Shown: positions 37,239 to 49,567 of the stretch, in pieces | Layout of the letters: every line of letters starts with the position of its first letter | Position numbering within the stretch: the stretch's first letter is position 1 | Assembly: GCA_944358825.1 (NCBI GenBank) | Contig: CALVSA010000004.1 | Location: forward strand, 1-55,280 | Length of the DNA: 55,280 bases | Reading direction: 5' to 3' | DNA from: an uncultured Bacilli bacterium | GTDB taxonomy: Bacteria; Bacillota_I; Bacilli_A; RF39; UBA660 | Translations under genes and position numbers: made by a program | Notes under the pieces: generated by a model | The model's input: only the letters and a program-made list of their open reading frames with translations | What the model was told of the DNA's origin: nothing | Databases searched by the model: none

Positions 37239-37532
37239 CTAATTAAAGATATTCATAATCTTATCTCTAAGATTTTTATCAACATCACTTAATATTAATT
37301 CCAATTTTTTATTTTTATCAAATAATCTTAGTTCACCCTCATAAAATAACAATTTATTTTGTACATTAATAAGCATCTTATGAATAGCATTACGACTTAC
37401 TCCTAAATTTTCACTTATTTCTTGTAGACTTAAATTATCAAAATAATAAGCTTCAAAACACTCTTGTTGCTTATTATTAAGTAAATTGCCATAAAAATCA
37501 TATAAAAGTATATAATAATCTCTTTGTTCCAT
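37239..37532 (-). CDS. ylxM: YlxM-family SRP-associated protein
   Basis: LYDFYGNLL...DNLSLQEISENLGVSRNA; near ftsY. Confidence 0.88.
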   Translation of the reverse strand: MEQRDYYILLYDFYGNLLNNKQQECFEAYYFDNLSLQEISENLGVSRNAIHKMLINVQNKLLFYEGELRLFDKNKKLELILSDVDKNLRDKIMNIFN

Positions 37533-37840
37533 TAAACAACCTTAACAATAGTATAAACTACAGATATCATAAGAACAACCGCTCCACTTATAAAAAACAA
37601 ATAAGTAATAGCTGAAGAAGCTTTCTTCTCATAAAAATAATAAGAAATGGCAAAAGACTCCAAAGATAAAGCAATTAAAGTAGCAGGAATAAATTCACGG
37701 ACAAAACATGATAAAATAAACATAATAACAAATATCACACCAACTATAATAACAAAAATTTTAATTAATTTTAAATCCTCAAAAACAACAACTTCTTTTT
37801 CTTTTTTAGTATTTTTTTTAACTTTCTCTACATTAGACAC
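37532..37840 (-). CDS. Hypothetical membrane protein
   Basis: Three hydrophobic segments; lies between ftsY and ylxM. Confidence 0.7.
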   Translation of the reverse strand: MSNVEKVKKNTKKEKEVVVFEDLKLIKIFVIIVGVIFVIMFILSCFVREFIPATLIALSLESFAISYYFYEKKASSAITYLFFISGAVVLMISVVYTIVKVV

Positions 37841-37855
37841 AAAATCAAACCCTTT

Positions 37856-38821
37856 CTATAAATCTTTAAATAAACCATATATATATTTTTCTATATCAAA
37901 CTTCTCTAAATCATCTATTTTCTCTCCTAAACCAACAAACTTAACAGGAATACCAATTTCCTCTTTAATAGCCAAAACTATTCCTCCTTTAGCAGTTCCA
38001 TCAAGTTTAGTTAAAACTATTCCACTAATATCAGTAATTTCCATAAATGATTTAGCCTGCGATATTCCATTTTGACCAGTAGTAGCATCTATTACTAATA
38101 AAGTCTCATGTGGAGCATCAGGAATATGCATTTTAATAACTTTATTTATTTTAGCCAATTCTTGCATCAAATTAACTTTATTTTGCAACCTACCCGCTGT
38201 ATCAATCAAAACTACATCATAAGCTTCATCTTTAGCTTTTTTAACTCCATCAAAAACTACACTAGAAGGATCTTTAGAATTAGTAGTTAAAATATCAACA
38301 TCAATATTATCAGCCCAGGATTTTATCTGCTCGATAGCCCCTGCTCGAAAGGTATCGGCCGCAACAAGTAATACTTTTTTTCCATCGTTTTTTAAATTAT
38401 AAGCTAGTTTTGCAATAGTAGTAGTTTTTCCTACTCCATTAACACCTACCATTAAAATAACAGTTGGACCATTATTACTAAAGTTAATTTTGCTATTAAT
38501 AATATTATTCCCAACATACATAATGAACAATTCATCAATAATTAAATCCTTCATATAATTAACATCAGTAATTTTTTCACTGCTAACACGATGTTTTAAT
38601 TTATCAACAAAATTCATAACAGTATTTACACCAATATCAGCCATAATTAAGATATTTTCTAATTCTTCAAAATAATCATCATCCAAAAACTTATATTTTT
38701 TAGACAAATTACCAAGTTTTGAAATAAATTCACGACGTGTTTTTTCTAATCCAACATCATATTTTTCAACTTCCTTATTATTTTTACTAAAAGCATTCTT
38801 TATCTTGTCAAATAATCCCAT
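37856..38821 (-). CDS. ftsY: SRP receptor
   Basis: GVNGVGKTTT, DTFRAGA, DTAGR, TKLDGTAKGG. Confidence 0.97.
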   Translation of the reverse strand: MGLFDKIKNAFSKNNKEVEKYDVGLEKTRREFISKLGNLSKKYKFLDDDYFEELENILIMADIGVNTVMNFVDKLKHRVSSEKITDVNYMKDLIIDELFIMYVGNNIINSKINFSNNGPTVILMVGVNGVGKTTTIAKLAYNLKNDGKKVLLVAADTFRAGAIEQIKSWADNIDVDILTTNSKDPSSVVFDGVKKAKDEAYDVVLIDTAGRLQNKVNLMQELAKINKVIKMHIPDAPHETLLVIDATTGQNGISQAKSFMEITDISGIVLTKLDGTAKGGIVLAIKEEIGIPVKFVGLGEKIDDLEKFDIEKYIYGLFKDL

Positions 38822-38904
38822 TAGATTCCTCCTAATAACATAAACATTATAACATATTTGTTATTTTTTTTAAATATATATTAAAAAATTAAATAAAAAA
38901 GAAA

Positions 38905-40461
38905 CTATTTAGCCTCTTCCATAGCTCTAGTTTCTCTTATAACTGTTACTTTTATAGTACCAGGATATTGCATTTCTGACTCAATTTTTTCTTTTATTTC
39001 TCTAGCTATTTTATGCGAAGTCAAATCATCAACTTCTTCAGGTTTAACCATTACACGAAGCTCACGTCCAGCTTGTACTGCATAAGTCTTATCAACTCCA
39101 GAAATAGAATTTCCAATCTCTTCTAGTTGCTCAAGGCGTTGAAAATAATTTTCCGTAGAATCGTTTCTAGCACCAGGACGAGAAGCAGAAATAGTATCTG
39201 CAATGGCAACAATAGTTGAAATAATACTAGTCGAATTAGTATCACCATGATGAGACGCTATTGCGTTAATTACAACCTCGTTTTCACCATATTTTTTAGC
39301 TAAATCAACACCTATTTGAACATGACTACCCTCAGTTTCATAATCAATTGCTTTTCCTATGTCATGAAGTAAACCAGCTCTTTTGGCAAGTTGAACATTT
39401 TCTCCTAATTCACCAGCAAGTATTCCAGATAAATAAGCAACCTCCAAAGAATGAGTCAATGCATTTTGACCATAACTAGTTCTAAAATGTAATTTTCCAA
39501 CAATCTCTACCAATTCTGGATCCATTCTAGAAATTCCTAATTGATACATCGCATCCTTACCATATTCTTTAATCCTTTGATTAACATCTTTTGAAGTAGC
39601 ATCATACACCTCTTCAATTCTCGCTGGATGTATTCTACCATCTTTAATTAATGTTTCTAATGTCAAACGAGCTATTTCTCGTCTTAATGGATCAAAACTT
39701 GAAATAACAATCGCCTCTGGTGTATCATCGATTATTAAATCAACACCAGTAACTGATTCAATAGTTCTAACATTTCTTCCTTCTCTACCTATTATTCTTC
39801 CTTTCATCTCATCATTAGGAAGATTAATAACAGATACAGTTAATTCATTAGTTACATCAGCTGCATATTTTTGCATTGAAGAAACTAACATCTCTTTAGC
39901 CTTAGCATTTGCTTCTAATTTAGCTTCAGCTTCACTATCTTTGATAAAAGTCGCTATTTCATTAGCCATCTTTTCTTCTACAATTTTCATGATTTCATCA
40001 TGAGCTTGTTGTCTAGTAAATTTACTTATTTTTTCCAATTCATCTAGTTGTCTTTTACTAATCTCCTCCATCTTATCTTTTTCTTCTTGAATTTCCTTTT
40101 GTTTTAATAAAAGATTATTTTCTCTTTCTTCTAAATTATTCTCACGATTTTGAATAACTACATCACGTCTATCAATATTATTTTCACGTTGTAAAAGACG
40201 TTCTTCTGATTCTTTTATTTCGTTTTTCTTCTCTTTTACTTCTTTTTCAGCTTCCAATTTTAACTTATGAATTTCTTCCTTTGCTTCAAATAAACTATCT
40301 CTTTTTAGTTTTTCGGCATCTTTTTTAGCAACTTCAATTATATTTTCTGCCTTTTTTTGATCTTTTTTATTTTTAACGTAAAAACCCAGTAAAATTACCG
40401 CTATTCCTAATATAAATCCAAGAACGATTTGGACAATGGAGAACCATAATGCACCTTCCAC
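38905..40461 (-). CDS. rny: Ribonuclease Y
   Basis: N-terminal TM, coiled coil, KH ([11 protein letters not shown]), HD (LLHDIGK). Confidence 0.97.
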   Translation of the reverse strand: MEGALWFSIVQIVLGFILGIAVILLGFYVKNKKDQKKAENIIEVAKKDAEKLKRDSLFEAKEEIHKLKLEAEKEVKEKKNEIKESEERLLQRENNIDRRDVVIQNRENNLEERENNLLLKQKEIQEEKDKMEEISKRQLDELEKISKFTRQQAHDEIMKIVEEKMANEIATFIKDSEAEAKLEANAKAKEMLVSSMQKYAADVTNELTVSVINLPNDEMKGRIIGREGRNVRTIESVTGVDLIIDDTPEAIVISSFDPLRREIARLTLETLIKDGRIHPARIEEVYDATSKDVNQRIKEYGKDAMYQLGISRMDPELVEIVGKLHFRTSYGQNALTHSLEVAYLSGILAGELGENVQLAKRAGLLHDIGKAIDYETEGSHVQIGVDLAKKYGENEVVINAIASHHGDTNSTSIISTIVAIADTISASRPGARNDSTENYFQRLEQLEEIGNSISGVDKTYAVQAGRELRVMVKPEEVDDLTSHKIAREIKEKIESEMQYPGTIKVTVIRETRAMEEAK

Positions 40462-40641
40462 ATGAACACCTCCATTCCTACACGTGTATATTTTATAGAA
40501 AAAATTATTAATTTAACTATACAATATAATTGTATCGATGTTTTAAAATAAAGTCAAGTATAAATGTATAAAAGGCAAACGGAATTTAGATATTTTAAAA
40601 AGAAATTACGACATGCCAACAAAAAAATAGTTGCATAACAA

Positions 40642-41658
40642 CTATCCTTCAACTTTTATCTTTCCACCAATACCGTAATGTTGTCTAACCTTTTTTTCTA
40701 TTTCATTACAAATATCTGGATTATTTTTTAAAAACAATTTAGCATTTTCTTTACCCTGACCAATTTTTTCATTATTATAAGCATACCAAGCTCCACTCTT
40801 ATCAATAACATTAGCATCACTCGCTAAATCAATTAACTCACCAACATGAGAAACACCTTCTCCATACATAATTTCTACAGTTGCAGTTTTAAAAGGCGGA
40901 GCTACCTTATTTTTAACTACCTTAATATTAGTTTTATTACCAACAATATCAGTACCTAATTTTATTTGCTCACCACGTCTAATATCTAATCTAACAGACG
41001 CATAATATTTTAAAGCCTTACCTCCGGGAGTAGTTTCTGGATTACCAAACATCACTCCTACTTTTTCTCTTAATTGATTAATAAATATTACTATTGTATT
41101 AGTTTTATTAATAGATCCAGATAACTTACGCAAAGCTTGAGACATTAATCTTGCTTGCAATCCAACATGAGTATCACCCATCTCGCCATCTATTTCTGCT
41201 TGTGGTACTAATGCAGCAACCGAATCAACAACAATAATACTTACCGCTTCACTCTTAACAAGTGCATCACATATTTCTAAAGCTTGTTCTCCAGTATCAG
41301 GTTGCGACAATAATAATTCATCAATATTAACTCCTAAATTAGAGGCATAAACAGGATCTAGAGAATGTTCTGCATCTATAAATGCTGCTCTTCCACCAAG
41401 TTTTTGAACTTCTGCAATTGCGTGTAATGCAAAAGTTGTTTTTCCAGAAGACTCAGGTCCATATATCTCAACAATTCTACCTTTAGGATATCCTCCAACA
41501 CCTAAAGCAATATCAAGTTGTAATGAACCACTAGAAACAACATCAATCTCCATTTTTTTCTGATCTCCTAGTTTCATAATAGCACCTTTACCAAATTGTT
41601 TTTCTATATCAGCTAATACTTGTGCCAACGCCCTATCTTTTTCCACGACTTTGCTCAT
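40642..41658 (-). CDS. recA: Recombinase A
   Basis: [32 protein letters not shown]. Confidence 0.99.
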   Translation of the reverse strand: MSKVVEKDRALAQVLADIEKQFGKGAIMKLGDQKKMEIDVVSSGSLQLDIALGVGGYPKGRIVEIYGPESSGKTTFALHAIAEVQKLGGRAAFIDAEHSLDPVYASNLGVNIDELLLSQPDTGEQALEICDALVKSEAVSIIVVDSVAALVPQAEIDGEMGDTHVGLQARLMSQALRKLSGSINKTNTIVIFINQLREKVGVMFGNPETTPGGKALKYYASVRLDIRRGEQIKLGTDIVGNKTNIKVVKNKVAPPFKTATVEIMYGEGVSHVGELIDLASDANVIDKSGAWYAYNNEKIGQGKENAKLFLKNNPDICNEIEKKVRQHYGIGGKIKVEG

Positions 41659-41688
41659 CTTTATCTCCCTTCTTGTTAATACATTTTA

Positions 41689-41809
41689 ATTTTACTATAA
41701 ACAAAAATCAATGTCAATAACTACTATACATTCGTTCGTTTTTGCAACAAAAAATATAAATTTACTTTGTTTACACATATATAATAACACACAAACAAGT
41801 GTATGTCAA
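41689..41809 (-). promoter_or_regulatory. Tandem sigma-A promoters of recA with degenerate LexA (Cheo) boxes
   Basis: TTGACA(41809)-17-TATTAT and TTGACA(41717)-17-TAAAAT; CGAACGAATGTATA (41725-41738, minus strand) and CAAACAAGTGTATG (41792-41805) resemble GAAC-N4-GTTC. Confidence 0.6.
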
Positions 41810-41833
41810 TGCTTTTTTAAAAAAAAGTCGTTT

Positions 41834-42238
41834 TTAACGACTCTTAATTTTAGTTTTATTTTTATTTTTAATATCTTCAATAAAATACATAGATCTTAAA
41901 CTATCATTATTCTTAATACGAAGTGGTGCCATATCAAACTCTACATTATTAAGTACCATTTGACGAACTATTTCTTTATCTTGTTCATATTGCTTAACTT
42001 CAAGAACCCTAATTCCACGCAAATAACCGCTTTTAAATATAGGATTTTTCAATTTTTCAGCTATACTTTGCTTGCTAATACCATTAATTGCAGATTGATA
42101 ACCATCTTCCATCATATCAAAATCTTCTTTAGTAATAGCACATGATCTAGGTTTTTCATATTTCATTTTTTCTCTTCTTTTTACCTCATTAACAATCGCT
42201 ACATTCTCAACAAATACAGATCTTTTTTTCTTATACAT
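41834..42238 (-). CDS. Hypothetical protein
   Basis: GAGGT RBS directly after the infB stop; no recognised motif. Confidence 0.6.
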   Translation of the reverse strand: MYKKKRSVFVENVAIVNEVKRREKMKYEKPRSCAITKEDFDMMEDGYQSAINGISKQSIAEKLKNPIFKSGYLRGIRVLEVKQYEQDKEIVRQMVLNNVEFDMAPLRIKNNDSLRSMYFIEDIKNKNKTKIKSR

Positions 42239-42249
42239 AAACTTTACCT

Positions 42250-44343
42250 CTACTTACTTTTTTTTACCTCAACAATTTCATAAGCTTCAATTACATCGTG
42301 TTCTTTAATATCATTATAATTTTCGATTGTTATACCACATTCTAAACCTTGTTTAACCTCTTTTACTTGATCCTTCTCGCGAGCAATCGAATTAATATTA
42401 CCATCATAAATAATAACACCATCACGAATTATTCTCGCTTTTGCATCTCTTTTAATAATTCCATTAGTAACATAAGAACCTGCAATTGTACCAACTTTAG
42501 AAAATTTAAATAATTTTCTTACTTCTGCTTGGCCTAAAGTCTTCTCTTCAAATTCTGGATCTAACTTACCAAGCATTGCATCTTCCATCTCTTCAACAAC
42601 TTTATATATAATATTATAAAGTCTAATATCAACATTTTTTTCTTTAGCAAAATCTAATGTTTTATTGTTTGGTTTTATATTAAATCCAATAATTATTGCA
42701 TTAGATGCTTGAGCAAGAACAATATCACTTTCAGTAACAGTTCCAATATCGCTTCTAATAATATTTATCTTAACACCCTCAACATTTATTTTTAAAAGGG
42801 CACTTTTTACAGCTTCTTCGCTTCCTTTAACATCAGCTTTTAATACAACATTAATCTCTTTACAACCACCATTTATTTTACTAAATAAATCATCTAAACT
42901 CATACTTCTACTTTCTTGATTGTTTTTATTATTATAATTATTTAATCTTTGTAACGCAATAGAGCGAGCTTTTTTCTCATTTTCAAAGACCATAAACTTA
43001 TCGCCTGCACTAGGACTATCACTCAAACCTGTAATAGATACTGGCATTGATGGATAAGCTTCAACTAAATTCTCACCTCGATCATTTTTTAAAGTTCTAA
43101 TTCTACCATGAGTATTACCCGCTACGATAGAGTCTCCTAAACGAAGAGTCCCGTTTTCAATCAATAAAGTAGCAACAATTCCAGAATTTTTATCCATTCG
43201 AGACTCTATTACAGTACCTTTAGCATAACGATTTGGATTAGCTTTTAAATCTTCTATATCACTAAGTAAAATAATTCTTTCTAATAAATCATCAATACCC
43301 TCACCAGTTTTAGCAGAAATATTTACAAACATAACATCTCCACCCCAAACTTCAGGAGTAATTCCATTTTGTGCCATTTCTGTTAAAACTCGCTCTGGAT
43401 TAGCATCAGGCTTATCTATTTTATTAACGGCAACAATTATTGGCACACCAGCAGCTTTAGCATGATCAATAGCTTCTTTTGTTTGAGGCATTACACCATC
43501 ATCAGCAGCAACAATAATTACAACAATATCTGTAATACTAGCTCCACGTGCTCTCATTTGTGTAAAAGCAGCATGACCAGGCGTATCAATAAATGTTATC
43601 TTATTTCCCTTATAATCTATTTGATATGCCCCAATAGCTTGCGTAATCCCACCAGCTTCACCTAAAGCAACATTAGTTTTTCTAATTGTATCAAGCAAAG
43701 TAGTTTTACCATGATCAACATGACCCATAATTGTTACAACTGGAGCTCTTTTTACTAAATCCTCATCTTTTTCAATTACTTCTAACTGTTCAAAATTAAC
43801 CTCATCTCTAGTAGTATCCTTTTTTAATTCACGTCCATATTCATTAGCAATAATTTCTGCAGTTTCAAAATCAATTGACGCATTTATATTAAGTAAACTA
43901 CCTAGTTCCATTACTTTTTTAATAATTTCACTAGCTGATACACCTAATAAATTAGCAAAATCAGATACACTCATACCTTGAGTATATATAACTATATTAT
44001 CATCATCTTCTACTTTGTTTGATTGCAATTTCTCTTTATGTTTATACATATTTTTACGTTGTTTTAAAAAATCATTATTCTTACTTTTTGCTTCCGCTTT
44101 CTTCTTAATAGGCTTTACTTCTTCCAATTCTTCAACATAACTATCTTCAAAATCATTAGGTAGCATATCATCTTCATCTTCATATAAATCTTCATTAGCA
44201 AGTTCGTTATCTAATAATATAATCATATCATCATCTAACATATCTTCCTCGCTATTTACACCTATATTAAGTTTTTTACACAAAGTTAATATATCCTCGA
44301 CATTTCTATTTACATCAACGGCATATTCTAATACACTCATCAT
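42250..44343 (-). CDS. infB: Translation initiation factor IF-2
   Basis: GHVDHGKTT, DTPGH, NKID, GLECG. Confidence 0.98.
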   Translation of the reverse strand: MMSVLEYAVDVNRNVEDILTLCKKLNIGVNSEEDMLDDDMIILLDNELANEDLYEDEDDMLPNDFEDSYVEELEEVKPIKKKAEAKSKNNDFLKQRKNMYKHKEKLQSNKVEDDDNIVIYTQGMSVSDFANLLGVSASEIIKKVMELGSLLNINASIDFETAEIIANEYGRELKKDTTRDEVNFEQLEVIEKDEDLVKRAPVVTIMGHVDHGKTTLLDTIRKTNVALGEAGGITQAIGAYQIDYKGNKITFIDTPGHAAFTQMRARGASITDIVVIIVAADDGVMPQTKEAIDHAKAAGVPIIVAVNKIDKPDANPERVLTEMAQNGITPEVWGGDVMFVNISAKTGEGIDDLLERIILLSDIEDLKANPNRYAKGTVIESRMDKNSGIVATLLIENGTLRLGDSIVAGNTHGRIRTLKNDRGENLVEAYPSMPVSITGLSDSPSAGDKFMVFENEKKARSIALQRLNNYNNKNNQESRSMSLDDLFSKINGGCKEINVVLKADVKGSEEAVKSALLKINVEGVKINIIRSDIGTVTESDIVLAQASNAIIIGFNIKPNNKTLDFAKEKNVDIRLYNIIYKVVEEMEDAMLGKLDPEFEEKTLGQAEVRKLFKFSKVGTIAGSYVTNGIIKRDAKARIIRDGVIIYDGNINSIAREKDQVKEVKQGLECGITIENYNDIKEHDVIEAYEIVEVKKSK

Positions 44344-44360
44344 ATGCTTCACCTCCATAT

Positions 44361-44618
44361 TTACTTATTTATTATTTCCAATAATTCTTCATATATAACA
44401 TCAGGTACAACAATACCTAATTTACGATCTAAAATTCTACTTTTTCTAGCTTTTTCTACAACCACTACATCTTTTTTTAAATAGGCCCCTCGTCCATTAG
44501 CTTTTCCTGATAAATCAATAAAAACTTCATCATCTTTATTTTTAACAATTCTAATCAATTCACCTTTAGGATAAGACTCTCTACTCACAACACAACTACG
44601 CATTGGTATTTTCTTCAT
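44361..44618 (-). CDS. ylxR: YlxR/RnpM RNA-binding protein
   Basis: PMRSCV...GKANGRGAY; between nusA and infB. Confidence 0.92.
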   Translation of the reverse strand: MKKIPMRSCVVSRESYPKGELIRIVKNKDDEVFIDLSGKANGRGAYLKKDVVVVEKARKSRILDRKLGIVVPDVIYEELLEIINK

Positions 44619-45680
44619 TTAATCACTTATCCCAACATTTACATCATCACTATTTTTAACTTCGATTTTATAATGAGTAAGTTGAGAAGCTAAACGAACA
44701 TTTTGACCTTTTTTACCAATAGCTAAAGATAAATTATCCCCAGTAGCCACGGCAATTGCTTCTTTACTTTTCTCATCTGTTATAAACACACGTACATCTT
44801 TAGCAGGTGATAGAGCATTTGTAATAAATTTAACTGGATCTTTGTCGTATCTAATTATATCAATTTTCTCATTTCCTAATTGATTTAAAATATTTTTAAG
44901 TCTAATACCATTTGGACCAATAACTGCTCCAACAGGATCAATATTATTATAATCTGAATAAACTGCTATTTTACTACGACTTCCAGCTTCTCTAGCAACA
45001 GAATATAAAATAACACTTCCATCGCTTAATTCAGGAATTTCACTTTCTAGTAATCTTTTTAAGAAATTAAAATGCTTTCTAGTAAGTAAAATAAATATAC
45101 CTTTACTACCCATCTCAATTTTAGATACATATACTTTAATAGATGAACCCATTTCTAATTTTTCACCAGGAATAATTTCATTTTTTGGTAAAACTCCATG
45201 AGCTTTTCCTAAATCAACATAATAATTTTTAGCATCTTCTCGAGATAATATACCCACTAGCATTTCATCTTTTTTATCACTAAAAGCATCTGAAACAATT
45301 TTCTTCTCTGCTTCTTTAACCCTTTGAACAACAACTTGTTTAGCAGTTCCTGCTGCCACACGTGAAAAATCTTTCAATTCTTCTTCTTTTTCAATAGTCT
45401 CTCCAATTTCAATATCAGGAACAATCTTCTTAGCATCCTCTAAACTAATTTCTAAACGATCATCATTAACTTCTTCAACAACAGTTTTAAATGAATATAA
45501 TTTAATTTCTCCAGTATCTTCATTTACTTTACAACGACCATTTGGATTACCTGTTTTCTTTTTAAAAGCCGCTACCATAGCTTGCTCCATAGCTTCTATT
45601 ACAACTTCTTTTTCAATTCCTTTTTCTTTAATTATAGAATCTAGAGCCGTCAAAAATTCTTTTACCTGTTTTTGATCCAT
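44619..45680 (-). CDS. nusA: Transcription factor NusA
   Basis: FSRVAAGTAKQ, AREAGSRSKIAV, LSLAIGKKGQNVRLA. Confidence 0.97.
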   Translation of the reverse strand: MDQKQVKEFLTALDSIIKEKGIEKEVVIEAMEQAMVAAFKKKTGNPNGRCKVNEDTGEIKLYSFKTVVEEVNDDRLEISLEDAKKIVPDIEIGETIEKEEELKDFSRVAAGTAKQVVVQRVKEAEKKIVSDAFSDKKDEMLVGILSREDAKNYYVDLGKAHGVLPKNEIIPGEKLEMGSSIKVYVSKIEMGSKGIFILLTRKHFNFLKRLLESEIPELSDGSVILYSVAREAGSRSKIAVYSDYNNIDPVGAVIGPNGIRLKNILNQLGNEKIDIIRYDKDPVKFITNALSPAKDVRVFITDEKSKEAIAVATGDNLSLAIGKKGQNVRLASQLTHYKIEVKNSDDVNVGISD

Positions 45681-45681
45681 T

Positions 45682-45933
45682 TTACTCACCACTTTCTTTA
45701 GAAGTTATATCAAGTATATAACTATCATCAATAATATCATTCTCATCTAAAATCGGACTAATAATATTAGTTACCGCAACACAAGTATCAACATCAACTG
45801 CATCATCTTTACTAATAGTAATTCTTAAAAAATTATTACTTCCTTCTTTAACATATTCAACACTATCAATGTTTACTCCAATTTCCTTAACCTTTTCAAC
45901 GACTAATTCTCTTACTTTTTTTTCAATATCCAT
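45682..45933 (-). CDS. rimP: RimP N-terminal-domain-only protein (83 aa)
   Basis: ATG 45933 after GGAGG; VEYVKEG..FLRITI...VDVDTC...ILDE.D.I...YILDITS; directly upstream of nusA. Confidence 0.8.
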   Translation of the reverse strand: MDIEKKVRELVVEKVKEIGVNIDSVEYVKEGSNNFLRITISKDDAVDVDTCVAVTNIISPILDENDIIDDSYILDITSKESGE

Positions 45934-46091
45934 AAATATCCCTCCAATATTAAAGAGTGGTATTTCATGCCACTCTTCCTTCAAGTCATATGTATTATAA
46001 CACATATTTATAAATTTGTACAATAAAATATAATATTTTACTTGAATTTTATAACTTTTTGTTATATAATGTAATGCGTAAGCAGAAATTT

Positions 46092-46168
46092 GCGCCCATA
46101 GCTCAATTGGATAGAGCGTTTGGCTACGGACCAAAAGGTTTGGGGTTCGAGTCCCTATGGGCGCGCCA
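46092..46168 (+). tRNA. tRNA-Arg(ACG)
   Basis: GCGCCCA acceptor stem, anticodon arm TTTGG-CTACGGA-CCAAA, GGTTCGAGTCC T arm, encoded CCA; 77 nt. Confidence 0.97.
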
Positions 46169-46230
46169 TTTAGTATTAATCAAACTCTTTTATTATAAGA
46201 GTTTGTTTTTTTATAATAAAAATGGAAACA

Positions 46231-46398
46231 TCATTCCATTTTTAAACAATATTCTATCATGCTTACTACTACATTATTAAAAGAAGTATCGTTTTCTTTT
46301 GCAATCTTTTCAAGTTCTTTAACTAAATTTTCTTTTAAATATAAAGTCTTGTAAACGCTTACTTCTTTATATTTCGTATTTTTAGGCACAAACTTCAT
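46231..46398 (-). CDS. 55-aa ribbon-helix-helix-like protein (not in ORF track)
   Basis: GGTGA RBS; MKFVPK...KTLYLKENLVKELEKIAKENDTSFNNVVVSMIEYCLKME. Confidence 0.65.
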   Translation of the reverse strand: MKFVPKNTKYKEVSVYKTLYLKENLVKELEKIAKENDTSFNNVVVSMIEYCLKME

Positions 46399-46507
46399 AC
46401 TACATCACCCATAAAAAATTATAATATATCAACAAATTAAAATATAAAACAGAATTTTCTAATGTAATTTTAAATTTTATATGATATAATAAAAAATAGG
46501 AGGAAGT

Positions 46508-46741
46508 ATGAATGGATTAGAATACGAAATAATCATCTGTGATATCAAACTATTAAATATAAAATTAGAAAAATTACACATCGAAGGTGCAAAACTACTA
46601 TTAGAAAAGCCACCTATTTTTTTTCCAAACAAAAGAAAACGATGGCATCAAAAACTAGATAAAATTTTTAATGAAGAGTTAGAATTACATTCAAAAATAT
46701 TAGAAGAATACCATAAAATTGAAAACCTACAAAAAAAATAG
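46508..46741 (+). CDS. Hypothetical protein
   Basis: AGGAGG RBS and a TATAAT upstream; 77 aa. Confidence 0.6.
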   Translation: MNGLEYEIIICDIKLLNIKLEKLHIEGAKLLLEKPPIFFPNKRKRWHQKLDKIFNEELELHSKILEEYHKIENLQKK

Positions 46742-46747
46742 CTTGCG

Positions 46748-49567
46748 CTATTTTTTTTGTTCCAATATAGGTTTTAAAAATTGAGCAGTATAGCTCTCAT
46801 AAACTTCACATACCTCTTCAGGAGTACCTTTAGCAACTATATTACCGCCCAGATTACCTCCTTCTGGACCTAAATCAATAATATAATCTGCAACCTTAAT
46901 AACATCTAAATTATGTTCAATAACAATAACAGTATCGCCATTATCAACTATACGATTTAAAATTGCTAGTAATTTCTTTATATCATGAAAATGTAGACCT
47001 GTTGTTGGTTCATCTAAAATAAAAACACTCTTACCAGTTGCTTTTTTCTGTAGTTCTTTAGCAAGCTTTACACGAGCTGCTTCACCTCCGCTTAAAGTAG
47101 GAGCACTCTGTCCTAATTTCATATAACCTAGACCAACATCATGTAAAACTTGTAATTTATTTAACACTTTAGGATGATTAGCAAAAAATTCCATTGCCTC
47201 ATCTACTCTTAAATCTAATACTTCACTAATATTTTTATCTTTATATTTTATATCTAACGTTTCTTTATTATATCTTGTGCCATGACAAGCTTCACATAAA
47301 ACATAAACATCAGGTAAAAAATGCATCTCTATTTTCTTAACACCATCACCCCAACAAGCCTCACAACGACCACCTTTAACATTAAAACTAAATCTTCCCT
47401 TATCATAGCCTCTCATTTTAGCCTCTTTAGTTTCCGCAAAAATATCTCTAATATCGTCAAATACTCCTACATAAGTAGCAGGATTACTACGTGGTGTTCT
47501 ACCAATTGGATCTTGAGTAATATGTACTACTTTATCAACATTTTCTAGGCCTTTTATCTCTTTATGATTACCAGCTTTTAATTTTGACTTATAAATAGTA
47601 GAAGCTAATTTTTTATACAAAATCTCATTAATTAAAGTAGATTTACCACTACCACTAACACCAGTAATACAAGTAAATGTAGCAAGTGGAATTTTTACAT
47701 TAATATTTTTTAAGTTATTTTCTTTAGCGCCTTTTATCTCAAGATATTTCTTATTTCCTTTACGTCTACTTGTAGGAATTTCAATTTTTTCCTTACCACT
47801 TAAATACTTTCCTGTCAAACTATTAGGATTATTCATAACTTCAACTGGTGTCCCTTTAGCAACCACATATCCACCATTCTCACCAGCATAAGGACCAATA
47901 TCCACTAAAAAATCACTAGCTAGCATCATATCAGAATCATGTTCAACAACAATTAAAGAATTACCTAAATCACGCATTTCTAATAATGAATTAATTAATC
48001 TTTGATTATCTCTTTGATGAAGTCCAATACTCGGCTCATCAAGCACATATAATACCCCTGTTAATCTAGATCCTATTTGAGTAGCAAGCCTTATTCTCTG
48101 ACTCTCTCCCCCACTTAAAGTAGCAGCATTCCTACTTAAAGTTAAATACTCTAAACCAACATTAATTAAAAAATCCAAACGCGAATTTATTTCTTTTAAA
48201 ATAACAGAAGCTATTTCTTGCTTTTCCTGACTAAGTTTTAATTTAGAAACAAAATCCTTTAATTCTCTAATAGATAGACAACTAACTTCATAAATATTTT
48301 TATTATTTACCAAAACTGATAAAACACTATCTTGCAAACGAGTTCCATGACAAGTAGGACATGGAAGCTCTGTCATATATTGTTCTATCCAACTACGAAT
48401 CCAACTACTTTTAGTCTCAACATATCTTCGTTCTAAATTAGTAATAATTCCTTCAAAATAATTACGAGAAGTTCTTGTATTTCCGTTTTTAGAAACATAA
48501 TTAAACTCTAAAATATCTTTAGAACCATATAAAATAATATCTAATTTTTCCTTTTCCAAATCTTCTACTTTTGCATCTAAATCAATATCATAATACTTAC
48601 TTAACGCATTTAATTCCGTAGTAGTAATATTATTATCATCAATTGAAATAGTTGCAATAGCCCCCTCATTTATCGACTTAGTCTTATCAGGAATAACCAA
48701 ATCAACATCTAATTTATATTTAACACCAATTCCCTTACAATCTAAACAAGCACCATAAGGAGCATTAAAAGAAAATATACGTGGCTCTAATTCCATTAGA
48801 GAATAATCACAATAAGGACACGCGAAATTCTCACTTAATACCATTTCATTTCCCATAGTATCATCAATAATAACCTTACCAGAAGAAAGTTTAGTAGCAG
48901 TCTCTAAAGAACCATACAATCTACTTCTAATACCATCTTTTATCACCAAACGATCAACAATAACAGATATATCATGCTTCTTATTCTTCTCTAACTCAAT
49001 CTCTTCACTTAAATCATAAACATTACCATCAACTTTAACTCTAATATAACCTTCTTTTCTTAAATCTTCAAGTAATTCCTTATGAGTTCCTTTTTCTCCT
49101 TTAATAACAGGAGCAAGAACCATAATCTTACTCCCCTCATCCATCTGCATTATCTTATTAGTCATCTGTTCAATACTTTGTGAAGTAATTGGAATATGAT
49201 GATTTGGACAATAAGGAACACCAATTCTTGCAAATAAAAGACGAAGATAATCGTATATCTCAGTAACAGTTCCAACCGTTGAACGAGGATTTTTATTAGT
49301 AGTTTTTTGATCAATACTAATTGAAGGACTAAGACCTTCTATACTATCAACATCAGGTTTTTCTGTTGAACCTAAAAACTGACGAGCATAAGCACTTAAA
49401 CTCTCTACATACCTTCTTTGTCCTTCCGCATATATTGTATCAAACGCTAAAGATGACTTACCACTACCACTTACTCCCGTCATAACAACCAATTTATTTT
49501 TAGGAATAGTAATATCTATATTTTTTAAATTATTTTCTCTTGCTCCTTTAATAACTATATTATCCAT
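46748..49567 (-). CDS. uvrA: Excinuclease ABC subunit A
   Basis: Two ABC modules (GVSGSGKS twice, LSGGE twice), Zn fingers. Confidence 0.98.
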   Translation of the reverse strand: MDNIVIKGARENNLKNIDITIPKNKLVVMTGVSGSGKSSLAFDTIYAEGQRRYVESLSAYARQFLGSTEKPDVDSIEGLSPSISIDQKTTNKNPRSTVGTVTEIYDYLRLLFARIGVPYCPNHHIPITSQSIEQMTNKIMQMDEGSKIMVLAPVIKGEKGTHKELLEDLRKEGYIRVKVDGNVYDLSEEIELEKNKKHDISVIVDRLVIKDGIRSRLYGSLETATKLSSGKVIIDDTMGNEMVLSENFACPYCDYSLMELEPRIFSFNAPYGACLDCKGIGVKYKLDVDLVIPDKTKSINEGAIATISIDDNNITTTELNALSKYYDIDLDAKVEDLEKEKLDIILYGSKDILEFNYVSKNGNTRTSRNYFEGIITNLERRYVETKSSWIRSWIEQYMTELPCPTCHGTRLQDSVLSVLVNNKNIYEVSCLSIRELKDFVSKLKLSQEKQEIASVILKEINSRLDFLINVGLEYLTLSRNAATLSGGESQRIRLATQIGSRLTGVLYVLDEPSIGLHQRDNQRLINSLLEMRDLGNSLIVVEHDSDMMLASDFLVDIGPYAGENGGYVVAKGTPVEVMNNPNSLTGKYLSGKEKIEIPTSRRKGNKKYLEIKGAKENNLKNINVKIPLATFTCITGVSGSGKSTLINEILYKKLASTIYKSKLKAGNHKEIKGLENVDKVVHITQDPIGRTPRSNPATYVGVFDDIRDIFAETKEAKMRGYDKGRFSFNVKGGRCEACWGDGVKKIEMHFLPDVYVLCEACHGTRYNKETLDIKYKDKNISEVLDLRVDEAMEFFANHPKVLNKLQVLHDVGLGYMKLGQSAPTLSGGEAARVKLAKELQKKATGKSVFILDEPTTGLHFHDIKKLLAILNRIVDNGDTVIVIEHNLDVIKVADYIIDLGPEGGNLGGNIVAKGTPEEVCEVYESYTAQFLKPILEQKK

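Noticed and set aside
45934..46280. 150-aa RimP extension and the 46059-46280 ORF
   Set aside because: Both overlap tRNA-Arg; the real rimP start is ATG 45933 with a GGAGG RBS.
46092..46741. Island integrated at tRNA-Arg
   Set aside because: No duplicated tRNA 3' end and no integrase; only two small ORFs before uvrA.
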